Assembly (NCBI GenBank): GCA_905178155.1
Contig: CAJINV010000007.1
Coordinates: 3,205,151-3,269,150, forward strand
Direction of reading: 5' to 3'
Source: Amoebophrya sp. A120
Taxonomy: Eukaryota > Protista > Dinoflagellata
Length of the DNA stretch: 64,000 bases
Shown: piece by piece, positions 39,408 to 50,114 of the stretch
Position numbering within the stretch: position 1 is the stretch's first letter
Layout: every line of letters begins with the position of its first letter
Made by a program: the position numbers and the translations under genes
The notes under the pieces: generated by a model
Seen by the model: only the letters and a program-made list of their open reading frames with translations
What the model was told of the DNA's origin: nothing
The model's database searches: none

Positions 39408-40099
39408 GCAGTGGCCCATTCGATTTTTTCGTGCACGACCCGCATGAAGAATTTCAAGGTCGCGTCTTTCTTTGCGCATGACGAAGTGCATCGGAAGATA
39501 AAGATTTTTTGTTCCCCATTTTTAAGATTTGATGACCAGAGTGCGTGTGATTTTTTCTTACCCCCTCGTCAGAAAGAACATCAGATTCCCTTGTACACGA
39601 AACTAAGAATCGATGAACAGAACGTGTATAACTTAAAAATTGAGAATACAGCCCCCCCTTAGGATTGATGCAAAAATTCGTCGACGCGAGATATGTATCG
39701 TGACGCAAATCAAGAATGTATCAACTTCCTCTCAGATCGAAGCAGCGCAACTGAATAACTTTCACAAACTTTCATTCCATAGTTGCAATAAGCAAAGTCT
39801 TCAAGCTGCTTAAGCTTAGCCGCTGTGATTTCAAAAAAAAATACGTGGAGTCGGAATTAGCAATGGAACCTTTGTACCAAAGAAAGACAAAAAAGTCGCT
39901 AGAAAAACAACGTAGTAATAGCAACAGTAGTTCGGATGAGGCCAAATAAGCAGAATTAAAGGCGAAACACCTACCATTTTTCCGCCTGCAACAAGTGCAA
40001 GGAGTTGGATCAGCATCCTGATCCGAAGAGTAGATAGCTGTAGCCCTGACACAGGAAATAGACGAAAGCGACAGCATGAGATGCGTAATTCCTAAAATA

Positions 40100-40800
40100 G
40101 TAAGAGTGGGGAAAGCGGAAGCAGTCCGATCAATGCGAATCGCGAAAAGCGAAAAGCGAAAAAAAGAAAAGCAATGTCCGGCGCCGAAAAATCTAACACG
40201 CCAGAGAAAGAAGATAGTAGTAGAGGGAGCGGAAGCAGTCCGATCGATGCGAATCGCGAAAGGCGAAAAGCGGAAAAATGCCAACGGCTGCCAAATTTAA
40301 ACAATATGGTAAGAAAGGCGGACAACAGTAGTAGAGGAAGCGGAAGCAGTCCGGCCGATGCGAATCGCGAAAAGCGAAAAACGAAAAAAAAATAACAGGA
40401 GCAAGGGCTGCAGGATTTAAGACGCCAAGAGTGGGAGACTAGTAGAGAAAGCGGAAGCAGTCCGGTCGATGTGAGTCGCGAAAAGCGAAAAGCGAAAAAA
40501 TGTCAACGGCTGCCAGATTTAATATGCTAAGAAAGGCGGACAGCAGTAGTAGAGGAAGCGGAAGCAGTCCGGCCGATGCGAATCGCGAAAAGCGAAAAAA
40601 AAGGCGCAACGGCTGCCGAATTTAGCAAATACCTAAGAGAGGAAGGCCAATAGAGAAAGCGGAAGCAGTCCGGTCGGTGGATGTGAGTCGCGAAAAGCGA
40701 AAAGAAGAGCGCGACTGGCTGCCGCATCTAATACGTTGGGAAAGTCAGAAATGAGAGTAAAGCAAGCAGGCCCGTGCGGATCGCGATCGAAAAGCGAAAA
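40100..40800 (+). repeat. Tandem ~100-115 bp minisatellite, 6 clear units plus 1 degenerate
   Basis: Core GCGGAAGCAGTCCG..ATGCGAATCGCGAAAAGCGAAAA starts at 40115, 40229, 40340, 40451, 40558 and 40659. Confidence 0.9.
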
Positions 40801-42529
40801 GCCGCACCAGCATGCTGCCCGGTTTTTCAATATATTGCGTAGTGAAAAAAAGCCGGAGCCAGGCCCATAAGCGCGAGCCGCGAGAAGCGAAAAGCCGCAG
40901 CGAGGTTTTGCCTTTTTATGGTGTGCCTTTTCGCGCTGAAGCTGCCCGGCCTGGCGGGGTGGCTGGCGGTCGCACACGCGCCACGCGTGGGCCTTCCGGT
41001 GTGTTCCTTTCTTCTATGGCTTTGGTTTCCGTCAGTCTTGAGCTGCAGAGGCAACTCCCGCTGTTGCTCGGGCCAACTAATGGGGAAGCCCACGCGAAGA
41101 AGCTGCCAACCCGGGAGATAGATTGGCACAGGGAGGAGGTGGCACGACTTTCCAGACACACCCGCCCCAACGCGCCGGGGCCCGCTGGATACTACGCCTT
41201 GACGCCCCGGGGCAAACCGGCCTGCCAGCGGGCAGGCAGGCCAAGCCGAAGAAGCCCAAGCGCCCACACAGTCAGCCCACATGCCAGAAAATGCGCGCGG
41301 CTTCGTGCAATTTCTTGCGCAATCTAGCATGGAGGCTGTTTGCAAACAATTTGGCGACGCCGGTGCGGGCTTGCTGGTGGTGCGCTGCATGCTAGCTTCT
41401 GTTGGCTCACAGGTGGCGCGGCGAGGCTGCTCCGGTGCCTCGTCTGGGCTTCTCAAAAATAAAGCAAGCACAGAGAAGTGAAGGGAACAAAAGGACGCGC
41501 CGAGGGAAGTAGTCCGACCCAGGCCGTGTAGCCGCTGCGCAAAAAAAAAAAAGGGCTGGGGCGCCAATAGTGACGCTGCCTAGCTCGTGGCGCTTGTGCC
41601 CCTGAAAAAGGGTAGGCGCGGCGCTTTTGCAGAGGCGGCTCGCCTTGTTTCCGTGAAGCCTGCCGGCCGACTATCTACGACAAACCTCGAGGCCCACCCC
41701 GACAACTGCGCCCGCCTTCATCGCTCCCCCTTCCGGGCGGTATTCTATGCCCCGGGGCGTCGCAGCCGGCCAAACGAACCGACCCGACCGGGCCGGCGGC
41801 GCGGCGCCATATCAAACAAAAAAAATGGGCGAGGGGGCGCCACGCATCAGGCGGGCCTGCTGCATTTTCGGCCAGGGCCCCCCCGTCAAGCCAGCGGGCT
41901 CGGCAGGGGGGGGGGGGGGGGGGGGGGGGGGGGCGCGATGTGGCTGGTCTGTTTCCGTTCCGGAGAAGGGGACGCCGAGGGAGGGTCCTGTCGGCTTCCT
42001 GCCTGCCTTCGGGGTTCCGCCTCCGTAGAACCCCCCGCGGCGCCCCCAATATGCCTCTTGGATTTCGTCGGCCGCCGGGCCGTCGTGGTGTGAGGGCGAC
42101 TCTCTTGTATATTTTGGCCTCCCCGCTGCGGGGGTTTTCCAAAATTCCGCGGGCGGGCGTTTTTGTTTGCGTGGCTTACGGGCAGGGGGCGCGGGTTGTC
42201 GCTCGCCGCCAGGCCGGCGGCTGCTTGCGCGCTGCGGCCCTTCGGGCCTTCTCCGGGCTTCGTAGGTTGCGCCCGCCTGGCGCCCGGCTTCTGCTTTCTT
42301 GCCCCCTCTGCCTTTGCCGGCCTTTCGCGTTTCATTCGCCATTCGGGGGCGGGCGCCCGCCGGTTCCCTCCTCTATAGTGCGCTCACACCGGGGCGCGCC
42401 TGGCATATTCTCGTCTGACTCCGCCCGCGGCTGTCTTCCATTTTTCGGAATTCGGGAAGGGCCCGCCCCGGGGCTTTTGTCTTATACACATACTGAGCGA
42501 CTTCAGGGCGCGCTGGCTTTCTCCTGCTC

Positions 42530-42780
42530 CCTTTTTCGCTTTTCGCGTTTCGCATTTCCGGAGAGGGCCTCGGGCTTTTTCTATTCATGTATGTAAGCAC
42601 TTCGGGGAAGAAGGAGAGTCTTCTTGCCCTGCTTCCCTCTTGCGTCGCTTTTCGCGTTTCGCATTTCCGGAACGAGTTCGGGGCCTTTTCTCTATCTTAT
42701 ATATGCACTCGGGTATTAGGTTCGTCCTGCTCCCGTCTTCGCTTTTCGCGTTTCGCATTTCGGAAGCGACCTCGGGTCTC
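42530..42780 (-). repeat. Inverted counterpart of the minisatellite, 3 clear units
   Basis: TCGCTTTTCGCGTTTCGCATTTC at ~42536, ~42645 and ~42739; its reverse complement matches ATGCGAAWCGCGAAAAGCGA. Confidence 0.8.
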
Positions 42781-44397
42781 TTTTCTATCTATTCTGAGGA
42801 CCATGCAACTTCATTTAGGAAAAATGGCATATCACGGTCTGCAGCTGCTTATTTGGCCTGATCCCCAGTTGTTGCTGTGCACACAGCTGTAGCAATCAAT
42901 GTAGCAAAGTTGATGAAGATGAATAGATTGCAGTCCTCTCTGTTGTCACAAGTTGCTCCACAGATTTTATGCTTCTCGCATCGCCCATGACGAGATAGCT
43001 AAAACCCCCGGCGTCGCGTGTGATTTTTCTTCCACCGTTTCGCTGAGAGTGGCAATTCATTTGGCCCAACCAGAAAATGTACTTTGTAGCTGATGAGTGG
43101 TGCGCAAAAACAACTCGAGAATTTATACACACGGCGGAAATTGACAGCAATAAGAATTCTCTGTTGCAACGATGGGCCTTCGTTGGCGACGATCAGAAGG
43201 ATTCTTTTTCAGGTCCAGTTGCGTTCCACTGTCAGCTCGTTCGTTCGACAACCAGATCTTGAAACTCCACCCTAAATACCGAAACGAATGAGAAAATTTA
43301 GTTGAGCTTGAGAGAGAGTGAAAGACCACCCCACACTGCAGCTCTTGAATTTCGAATAGTAGCTTAGGCATAACTTGTACTTGAGATCTTCATGATCTGG
43401 TTCCAAGTGCTATCAATCTATTCTCATCAAATATCTTCTCTTCGCTTTATTATTTCGCTTCGTTGTCGCTAATTGTAATTACCCGTGCCTGTCAAGAGTT
43501 TTGATGTAACTGTAAGATATCAGTTCTGATGGAGTTTTGTTGGATAGCAGATGTTGGTGTTACAACGCTGAGCGAGAGTGAGGTGGAAAAGGCATTAATA
43601 CCAAAAGAAGTCAACAGTGTAAAAAAAGCGGTTTGCAAATTTGTGACGTTGACTCCGACCACACTCTTGGCGTTTCTGCGTTTGTTTGTAACATTATTTT
43701 CCCCTATTGATGTTGATACTAACTTATTGTATTTTCCGTCTTCCGTAACCGTATCCGTATGCCAATTCGAATTCCTACCCCCACCCACAAACGCTAATCC
43801 CACCCATGAAAACCTCCAAATGGCAAAAGCAAAACGATGAAGTAAGTAGATTTTACGAAAAGTGCGAACGACGTGTTGCATCTGCCAGCAAACTTTTGTC
43901 TTGGTTCTTTTTGCGCTTCCAATTGTGTGTGTTTCAAAAGAAAATTATCCCAACAAAACTGTAGTTTCCTTGTCTAGCACGACAGACCTGATAGGAAGTA
44001 GGAAAGAAGGAGGTAGAGGGCCTTGATTGTCAAGAAAAGAAAAACTCCAACAAGCCCGTACTAAAAATAAACTTTGAGCAAAACCTAATTTTGTGGAAGA
44101 TAATTCGTGAATACAATCATTTTGTGGGAACTAATCGTCAAACCACTATCATTCCTTCGTCAACATCTATCGTCACAGCTGATTTTGACACACTACACTT
44201 CGAACAACCATCGGAAAACGGCGAACGGTTTTGACATCCGACCAACAGTGCTAGTAGAACTTGCTCAACTTGCGTCGAACAAACACACCGGAAAACAAGA
44301 AGAAGGCAGCACATTTTTCGACGGGTTCGAAGAAGAGGCGGTTTAGCAGTTTGTGAGGCTTCGTTTTCTATCTTCATCCGAATCGGGGGCGAAGAAG

Positions 44398-47013
44398 ATG
44401 TTCAATCCCTTGTGGTCGATGCATCAGCAAGCGGCCGCCGCTGCGGCCTACAGTGTGGATGACCCGGGGCTCTCCGTGGATCCGAACTTTACCACGGTTA
44501 TGTTGCGGTATCTATTGGCTGGTTATGGTCCTCCTGTAACGTGGTGAAATTAGATCAAGCGGCGCAACTAGCCTTTTTTGCAACACAATGCGTAACTTTC
44601 ATGCGTGAATGTGCATCACAAATATCTACATGGAAACAAAACAGAAACATTCCGAACAAGTACACGACGAAAATGTTGCTGGCGGTCCTGGACCGACGGT
44701 TCTTACGCTTCGGAAAATTTCTCATGCTGCTGTCGCGTGACAGTTTGTCTTCTTCCACTTTCGGTGTATTTTCAATTTCGGTTCTTTTAGCTGCTCTGAT
44801 GTGAGTACGTAGAAATGCTCTGCATAGCGAATACAAGAAAAGGACTTGTCACGCAATCTCAGCATGAGAAATTCTTGCTTTCAATACGCTGCAAAGCAGT
44901 ACGACTACGTCTACTTGCCCGTGGACTTCGTTAACCACTGCAACGTCGGGTACTAAGGCTGGAGTTCGTGTTGTTTGCCGTGCATTTTTTGCATAAGACC
45001 CGAGAATGATCGGACAGAGTAGTCCGAAGGTTATGCATAACACATGCCAGGACGTTGAGATGAGAATGAGATGTAGTGATGAAATGAAAAGGTATGCCTT
45101 CATCAACCTGCGCTCCGCGGACATCCGCGCACGGTTTTACCGTCACTTTCACAACCAGAAGGTAAAGGAGGTCCTCCCCGGGTTCAACAGCAAGAAGGTA
45201 TAAGAAATTTTTGATGCATAGACACGAACAAGAGGCTGGTCTGTTTTGGTTCATTTATCTTTGTGGTGAAAAGATTTTAAAGCAGTTTTCGTTCGTCATG
45301 CATGAGCATGCTATAATAATCGTCCTACCTTAACCTTGTCAGGTGCTGAAACAAGTCTGCGAGGTGAACAAGGCGAAAGTGCAGGGAGCTGTATGGACGT
45401 GAAATGAAGATGTACTTCGTACGAAAGCCTATGCCAGCGTGGCAAAAAGTACCAGCTGCCTTCAGAGCAAGCGCATGGAGCACGGCAGAAATGCCATTAA
45501 CGCTGTTTCTTGTTGCATCTTGTCAGTCTCAATGGGCCATGCATGGCATCGAATCTTTCGTGGTACGAGGGAAGAATTTCTATTGCATATCGGAAAGAGA
45601 ACATCCGTCGCATCCGTCAGATGAGCATGCTGATGCAGCGCCTGAAGGACCACCCGGACTGGGTATTTTTTGCGAAAGAAGATACAAATCGATGTTGCGG
45701 GGGACACCAATACCAAAAGACTAGAGTTCTTTTGCAGTATTCGCACACGCACAGCACGCACAACTTCTGAATGTGATACCAGATAGACTTTGACAGGCTT
45801 TCACTATCGGATAACACAAGCAATTTGTGATGTTGCATGATCTGCATTTCGAAATAAAGGTCCCGCTGCTCTTCGACCACAACGGAACCGCGATTCCGCT
45901 GGATTTGGATGCTCCGGTTGAGAAGCGGGAACCCATGCGCCCCAAACGGAGTTTCACCCACAATAACTGGGACCCGTCGCAAATGTACCCAGGTAAGTAC
46001 CAAGCAAAATCGAAAATAGGTTGTCCTGCTGAGTTTCGTACAGCATAGAAGTCCTTTGTCATGCAAAGGAATCGAATCAATCAAATGTGATAACGACTTG
46101 AAACAACCGCAAAGGTGCCTACGCGTCTCCGATGGGAATGGCTGCTTCTCCGTTGTTCGGCTCCCCGATGGACGGTCTTTTTGGCGATTATGGGATAGGA
46201 ACATCGATTTTCGGCCCATGCTGAAAGAAGCTCGACCGAGAACTTGTGATGCCGATGAACTATTTCCACTGAGAAATATTTGATTTGAGTTGAACTGTGC
46301 ATTATGGTCTGAAAACTTTTCCTGCTCCATCCTATTTTCGGTTACAAGAATTACCTGATCCAGCAGCAAGCGCAGGCGGCCTACAATGTCGCTGTCGCCT
46401 CAGCCACCGCAGCTGCGGTGTCCGCTGCATCGTCGCCCAGTGACGCCTACCACCCCGGAGGATCACCAGCGGACTGGTACGATTGAATACTGCTTTGTAA
46501 TGCAGTATACAGCACGAAGGAAAGCAGACCGGACCGGCGCCGTTGATTCGCTATACTGCTTTGATCTGAGGAAGGAGAAAGAATCCCCTTCCTGATGGCC
46601 TGGCATAGCGATTCCGATTGATATATAAGTGGTCTCGAAGTAGTACTTGTTGATATGCCACCTATTTCTATCCCAGGTATGGCAACAAGGAAAACGTTAC
46701 CGGCTCGGGCTCCACAGCGGCCAGCTGGGCGGGACAAACGCAGCAGAACATGATGCAGCCCTTGCAGGTAGTACTTTAAGTTTTAAAGACGAATTATTGT
46801 TCCAAATGGAAATTCACTTTTTCAACGATTTCTGTGTTGCACCAAAATTAAGAAATTAAGATTAAAGAATCAAAAACACCAATATCACCTTCTCAGAACT
46901 CCACCAACATGAACCGCATTTCGTGGGGATCCGCGCCGCAGAAGATGCTTGGGTATGACCAGACGGACGAATCGCAGGCCTACCAGATGGGCTACAATCA
47001 GCAGTACCAGTGA
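44398..47013 (+). CDS. Mei2-like RNA-binding protein (RRM_2/RRM3), many short exons
   Basis: Spliced sequence reads [50 protein letters not shown]..AKVQG, followed by an A/Q/Y-rich C-terminal region. Confidence 0.85.
44704..44886. mobile_element. Degenerate TA..TA inverted-repeat intronic element (E6)
   Basis: Perfect 14-bp IR AATTTCTCATGCTG (44716-44729) / CAGCATGAGAAATT (44860-44873), extended by GCGTGACA. Removal plus 5 bp gives DRRFSKQYDY. The 5-bp flanks no longer match. Confidence 0.5.
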
Positions 47014-47958
47014 AAAAGTCACTGCAACGGACTAGTTTTGAAAAATCGATGAGAATACAAATACAGAAAAAATCTAGTGAGCTCACTTTTGTAGTTGATG
47101 GTAGTCGTCTTGCAAGATGGACAAGCGGTTCTTGTTTCGTTCAGTCACAGTAAAAAACAAGTATATCAAAAGTTGGTTTCAAAATTTTTCATTTCGATTG
47201 TTGGCGAAAACGGGAATTACCACGTACGAATTGTTTCAACAGTTGTGGAAGTTGTGTCAAAATTAGCGCTTCGATAGAATCAGGTTTGACGGTTCAAAAA
47301 AAATTCTTATACCAGTAGCGATAGTATGAATACAAAATTAAGCTGCGCTTGTTCTCCAATACTGAACTAGTCCAAAGAATACAGCAACAGTGCGCACTCA
47401 CAAGACCGCTGCGTGGTCGCGTGGATGCGAAAGATCTGTCCCGATGAACAGAGGAGCAGTAGGTTTAATCGAGTGTTTATACTTAGCTTTCTTGATCTTT
47501 TGTTTAGCAGGTTAATACTACACTTTACCCGGACTTTATGATGTTGCTTGCGGCAGCATCGGTCCAAAATAAACCACGTGAACTTTTTCCGCATTTATTC
47601 AGAATTTACGATTACTATCCTTTTACAACTTTACTTGCAGCTTTTCAAGCAGCCACAAGAACCGCACCCCGTGTGCGGTTTTTGTCTGCTTTATAAACGC
47701 TTTTCTTTATACTAGATTTTAGACAACTTGTGATGCTACTAGGTTTCAAAAAAAAAAATCAGACTGGGTGGGAGGTGGAGACAGGACTCTATTCTAGCTT
47801 TGTTCAGTTCTTATTGTAATATGAATGTTTGAAGACACAACGATCTGCTCACGACATCAAGTGTTTTAAATGGACGGCCTCGGAATGATAGGAATCTGTG
47901 TGCCTCGTTTTTAGTACTTCTTTTTACCACCTCCGTTGGATACGGCTTCTTTTCGGAG

Positions 47959-48714
47959 ATGACCGAAGATTAACGTGATTGACGATCGGATATGATATAA
48001 CTCGTGTTACATTAGTGATTGTTTGACTTCCAAATTTATGTTGAGAGTTGTTGGCTACTTTTATAGAAATCCTCAGAACTCCTTACTACTTCGTTCACCC
48101 GCTGGAATTGGAGAAGACAAGACCATCAAGTACAACAAGCGGTGGCTCTGTGGGGACCAAAGCAAACGAGGACATCAGCACCCTGTCCTGCGATTTTTTT
48201 CGACCCCGAGCACCTGAAGTAGAACGGACTGTTGAAAATAAGACACTTCATCGCGCAGTCGTGGTCTCCAGCGGTGGGCTACTCGACGTTTGTAAGCTGA
48301 GATTTTTATACGTGTTGATAAGAAAATAGATAGAGTATCGCTCTACCACCCATGCTTTGTTAATGCTAATGATCTTTTATTTCAGTACACTAAAGAACCC
48401 GCAGCCCTGGCGTACCTACTGTTTGTTATTGCCACGGAAGGACGACGACCCTCTCACCTTCGGACGCAAGGAAAACTACTAGACAAGATGAACAAGAAAC
48501 ACTTGCAGTACCTGCTGACCAACAGGTAGTTTTTCCGGACAAACTTCGTAAAAAGTAAATAGCAAAATACAGTCAAGTTGGAATGATATCTGTAGTCTTC
48601 ATTTATCTCAAGAAAAAATCTAGTTCCGTGATCACGGACCAAACTATAACTTTCTTTGACATTTTAACCACGATCAGGCTTTTCGTAGTACAGCTCTACT
48701 TTTCGTCTACCTGA
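47959..48714 (+). CDS. Possible small hypothetical multi-exon protein
   Basis: Coding-like segments at ~48078-48180 and 48386-48525 (YTKEPAALAYLLFVIATEG..) bounded by AG/GT. Start uncertain. Confidence 0.3.
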
Positions 48715-50114
48715 TTCCACGCTACGATCGCGAAGGCGACGCGTTGGGATTGGGCTTTCTCCTACGGGAAAAATGCGGTAGAGCGGGAGAAAAGAAAAGT
48801 TTTGAATCGTGGGCATTCATTCAGCATGGTCTATAGAATGCGATACTTCTTGTAGCCAAGGAAGGAAAAAGATGGACTAAATATTAAACTGACAATACCA
48901 GCATGTTGCCATGTAGGCGTTTCAAGTTTCGAACAGTTTTTAACAGTACACGTTTCAAGTTTCAATGGAGAAGAAATAAATCAGTGTAGAAAAAAAGTTG
49001 ACAGTTGCAGGCCCGATTCTTCGTTGCAAGAATGTCACTTGCGCAGCGGAATCGCATGCAAGAAATCGTACCGAAAAGAAATATCAGGGAAAAAAGAAAT
49101 AGTATGGATTTATTGCAAGCTCCAGGGGCGAAGGAAATAAAAGAGCAAGGTGTGTACTTGCTATACAGCCAAGTAGTACAACAACATCTATCCAGAAATG
49201 AACCGGCAGTGCGACAGCGGCAGACGCGCGGTAGAAAAACTCTTGTCTCGACGTTTTTGGAAACTAGCAGGCTGAAAAAAAATTCTTCTTATATATCCAT
49301 CGCTCTAACTTTTACTTACAACTGGTTTCGAAAGATGAAAAGTGTACTTAAGTACTAGAAGGGTAGTACTCCCTTCTGCACAGGGGGGCGACAGCCTTAT
49401 GGTCGTCGCGATGAATAGAAAAAAAATGCAATGTTTCCCAACCTGTTTCAAGTTGCTGTACAGCAAAATCTAACTCGAAGAAACTACGCGAGGAAAAAAT
49501 CTACAACTTCTTACAAGAAAAGATGAATGGCTGACTTGGTAGTATGCGTCAAATGCTGTAGGCTACAAAGAATGAATGAAATGTCGCGTCGAGCTGTCTT
49601 TATTATATTCTTTCATGATAAGTATGGATACGAAGGGCACAACTGCGGAATCAGGGAGAGGTCTGGGTTCGAGATGATTGTCGGGAAGGGCAACAGAAGG
49701 TAATAAAAAAAGAAAAAGTCCGACGAAGTTGACCCTACACCACGAGATGGGTGTGGATTTCAACTCTTGGGGTCATGATGCACTTGTTCGTCTGTTTTAT
49801 TCGCGGTCCGTCAGCATCATGAAGGTCATAACACCAACTTATTATGACCTTTCAATGTGCACATGAGGATCCGTTTTCTTCTGTTCTTTTTGGACTAAAA
49901 CAAGAAACAATTTCTCTTCTCGCTTGTGCTTGAATGTCCGCCAGACCTTCCTGTGGTTTGCGACGCTGAAGAGTTCTTTCAATTTTCTTTGTTCCATGCT
50001 AAGCTCGCAGATGAGAAGTGAGTGCGAGTGCGAACCACGCAGAATGAAAGTGTTGTAGCCGGTCAGCTTTTTCTCCTCCGCTTTCACCTGCACTAGCAAA
50101 GTCCTGCCACAACC

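Larger units (their letters stand above)
39920..42877. mobile_element. ~3 kb non-autonomous foldback-like element with degenerate long TIRs
   Basis: GGATGAGGCCAAATAAGCAG (39934-39953) matches the reverse complement of 42845-42864 at 19/20. Further inverted blocks CCATTTTTCC and TAGATAG. Subterminal arrays are inverted and the core is GC-rich with no credible ORF. Confidence 0.65.

Noticed and set aside
40100-40800. CRISPR-like regularly spaced repeats
   Set aside because: The intervening segments resemble each other (AACGGCTGCC..ATTT, AGTAGTAGAGG), there are no cas genes, and the context is eukaryotic. It is a minisatellite.
40812-42600. ORFs in the foldback core as a possible transposase
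   Set aside because: Low-complexity translations with no recognisable DDE, HUH or reverse-transcriptase motifs.
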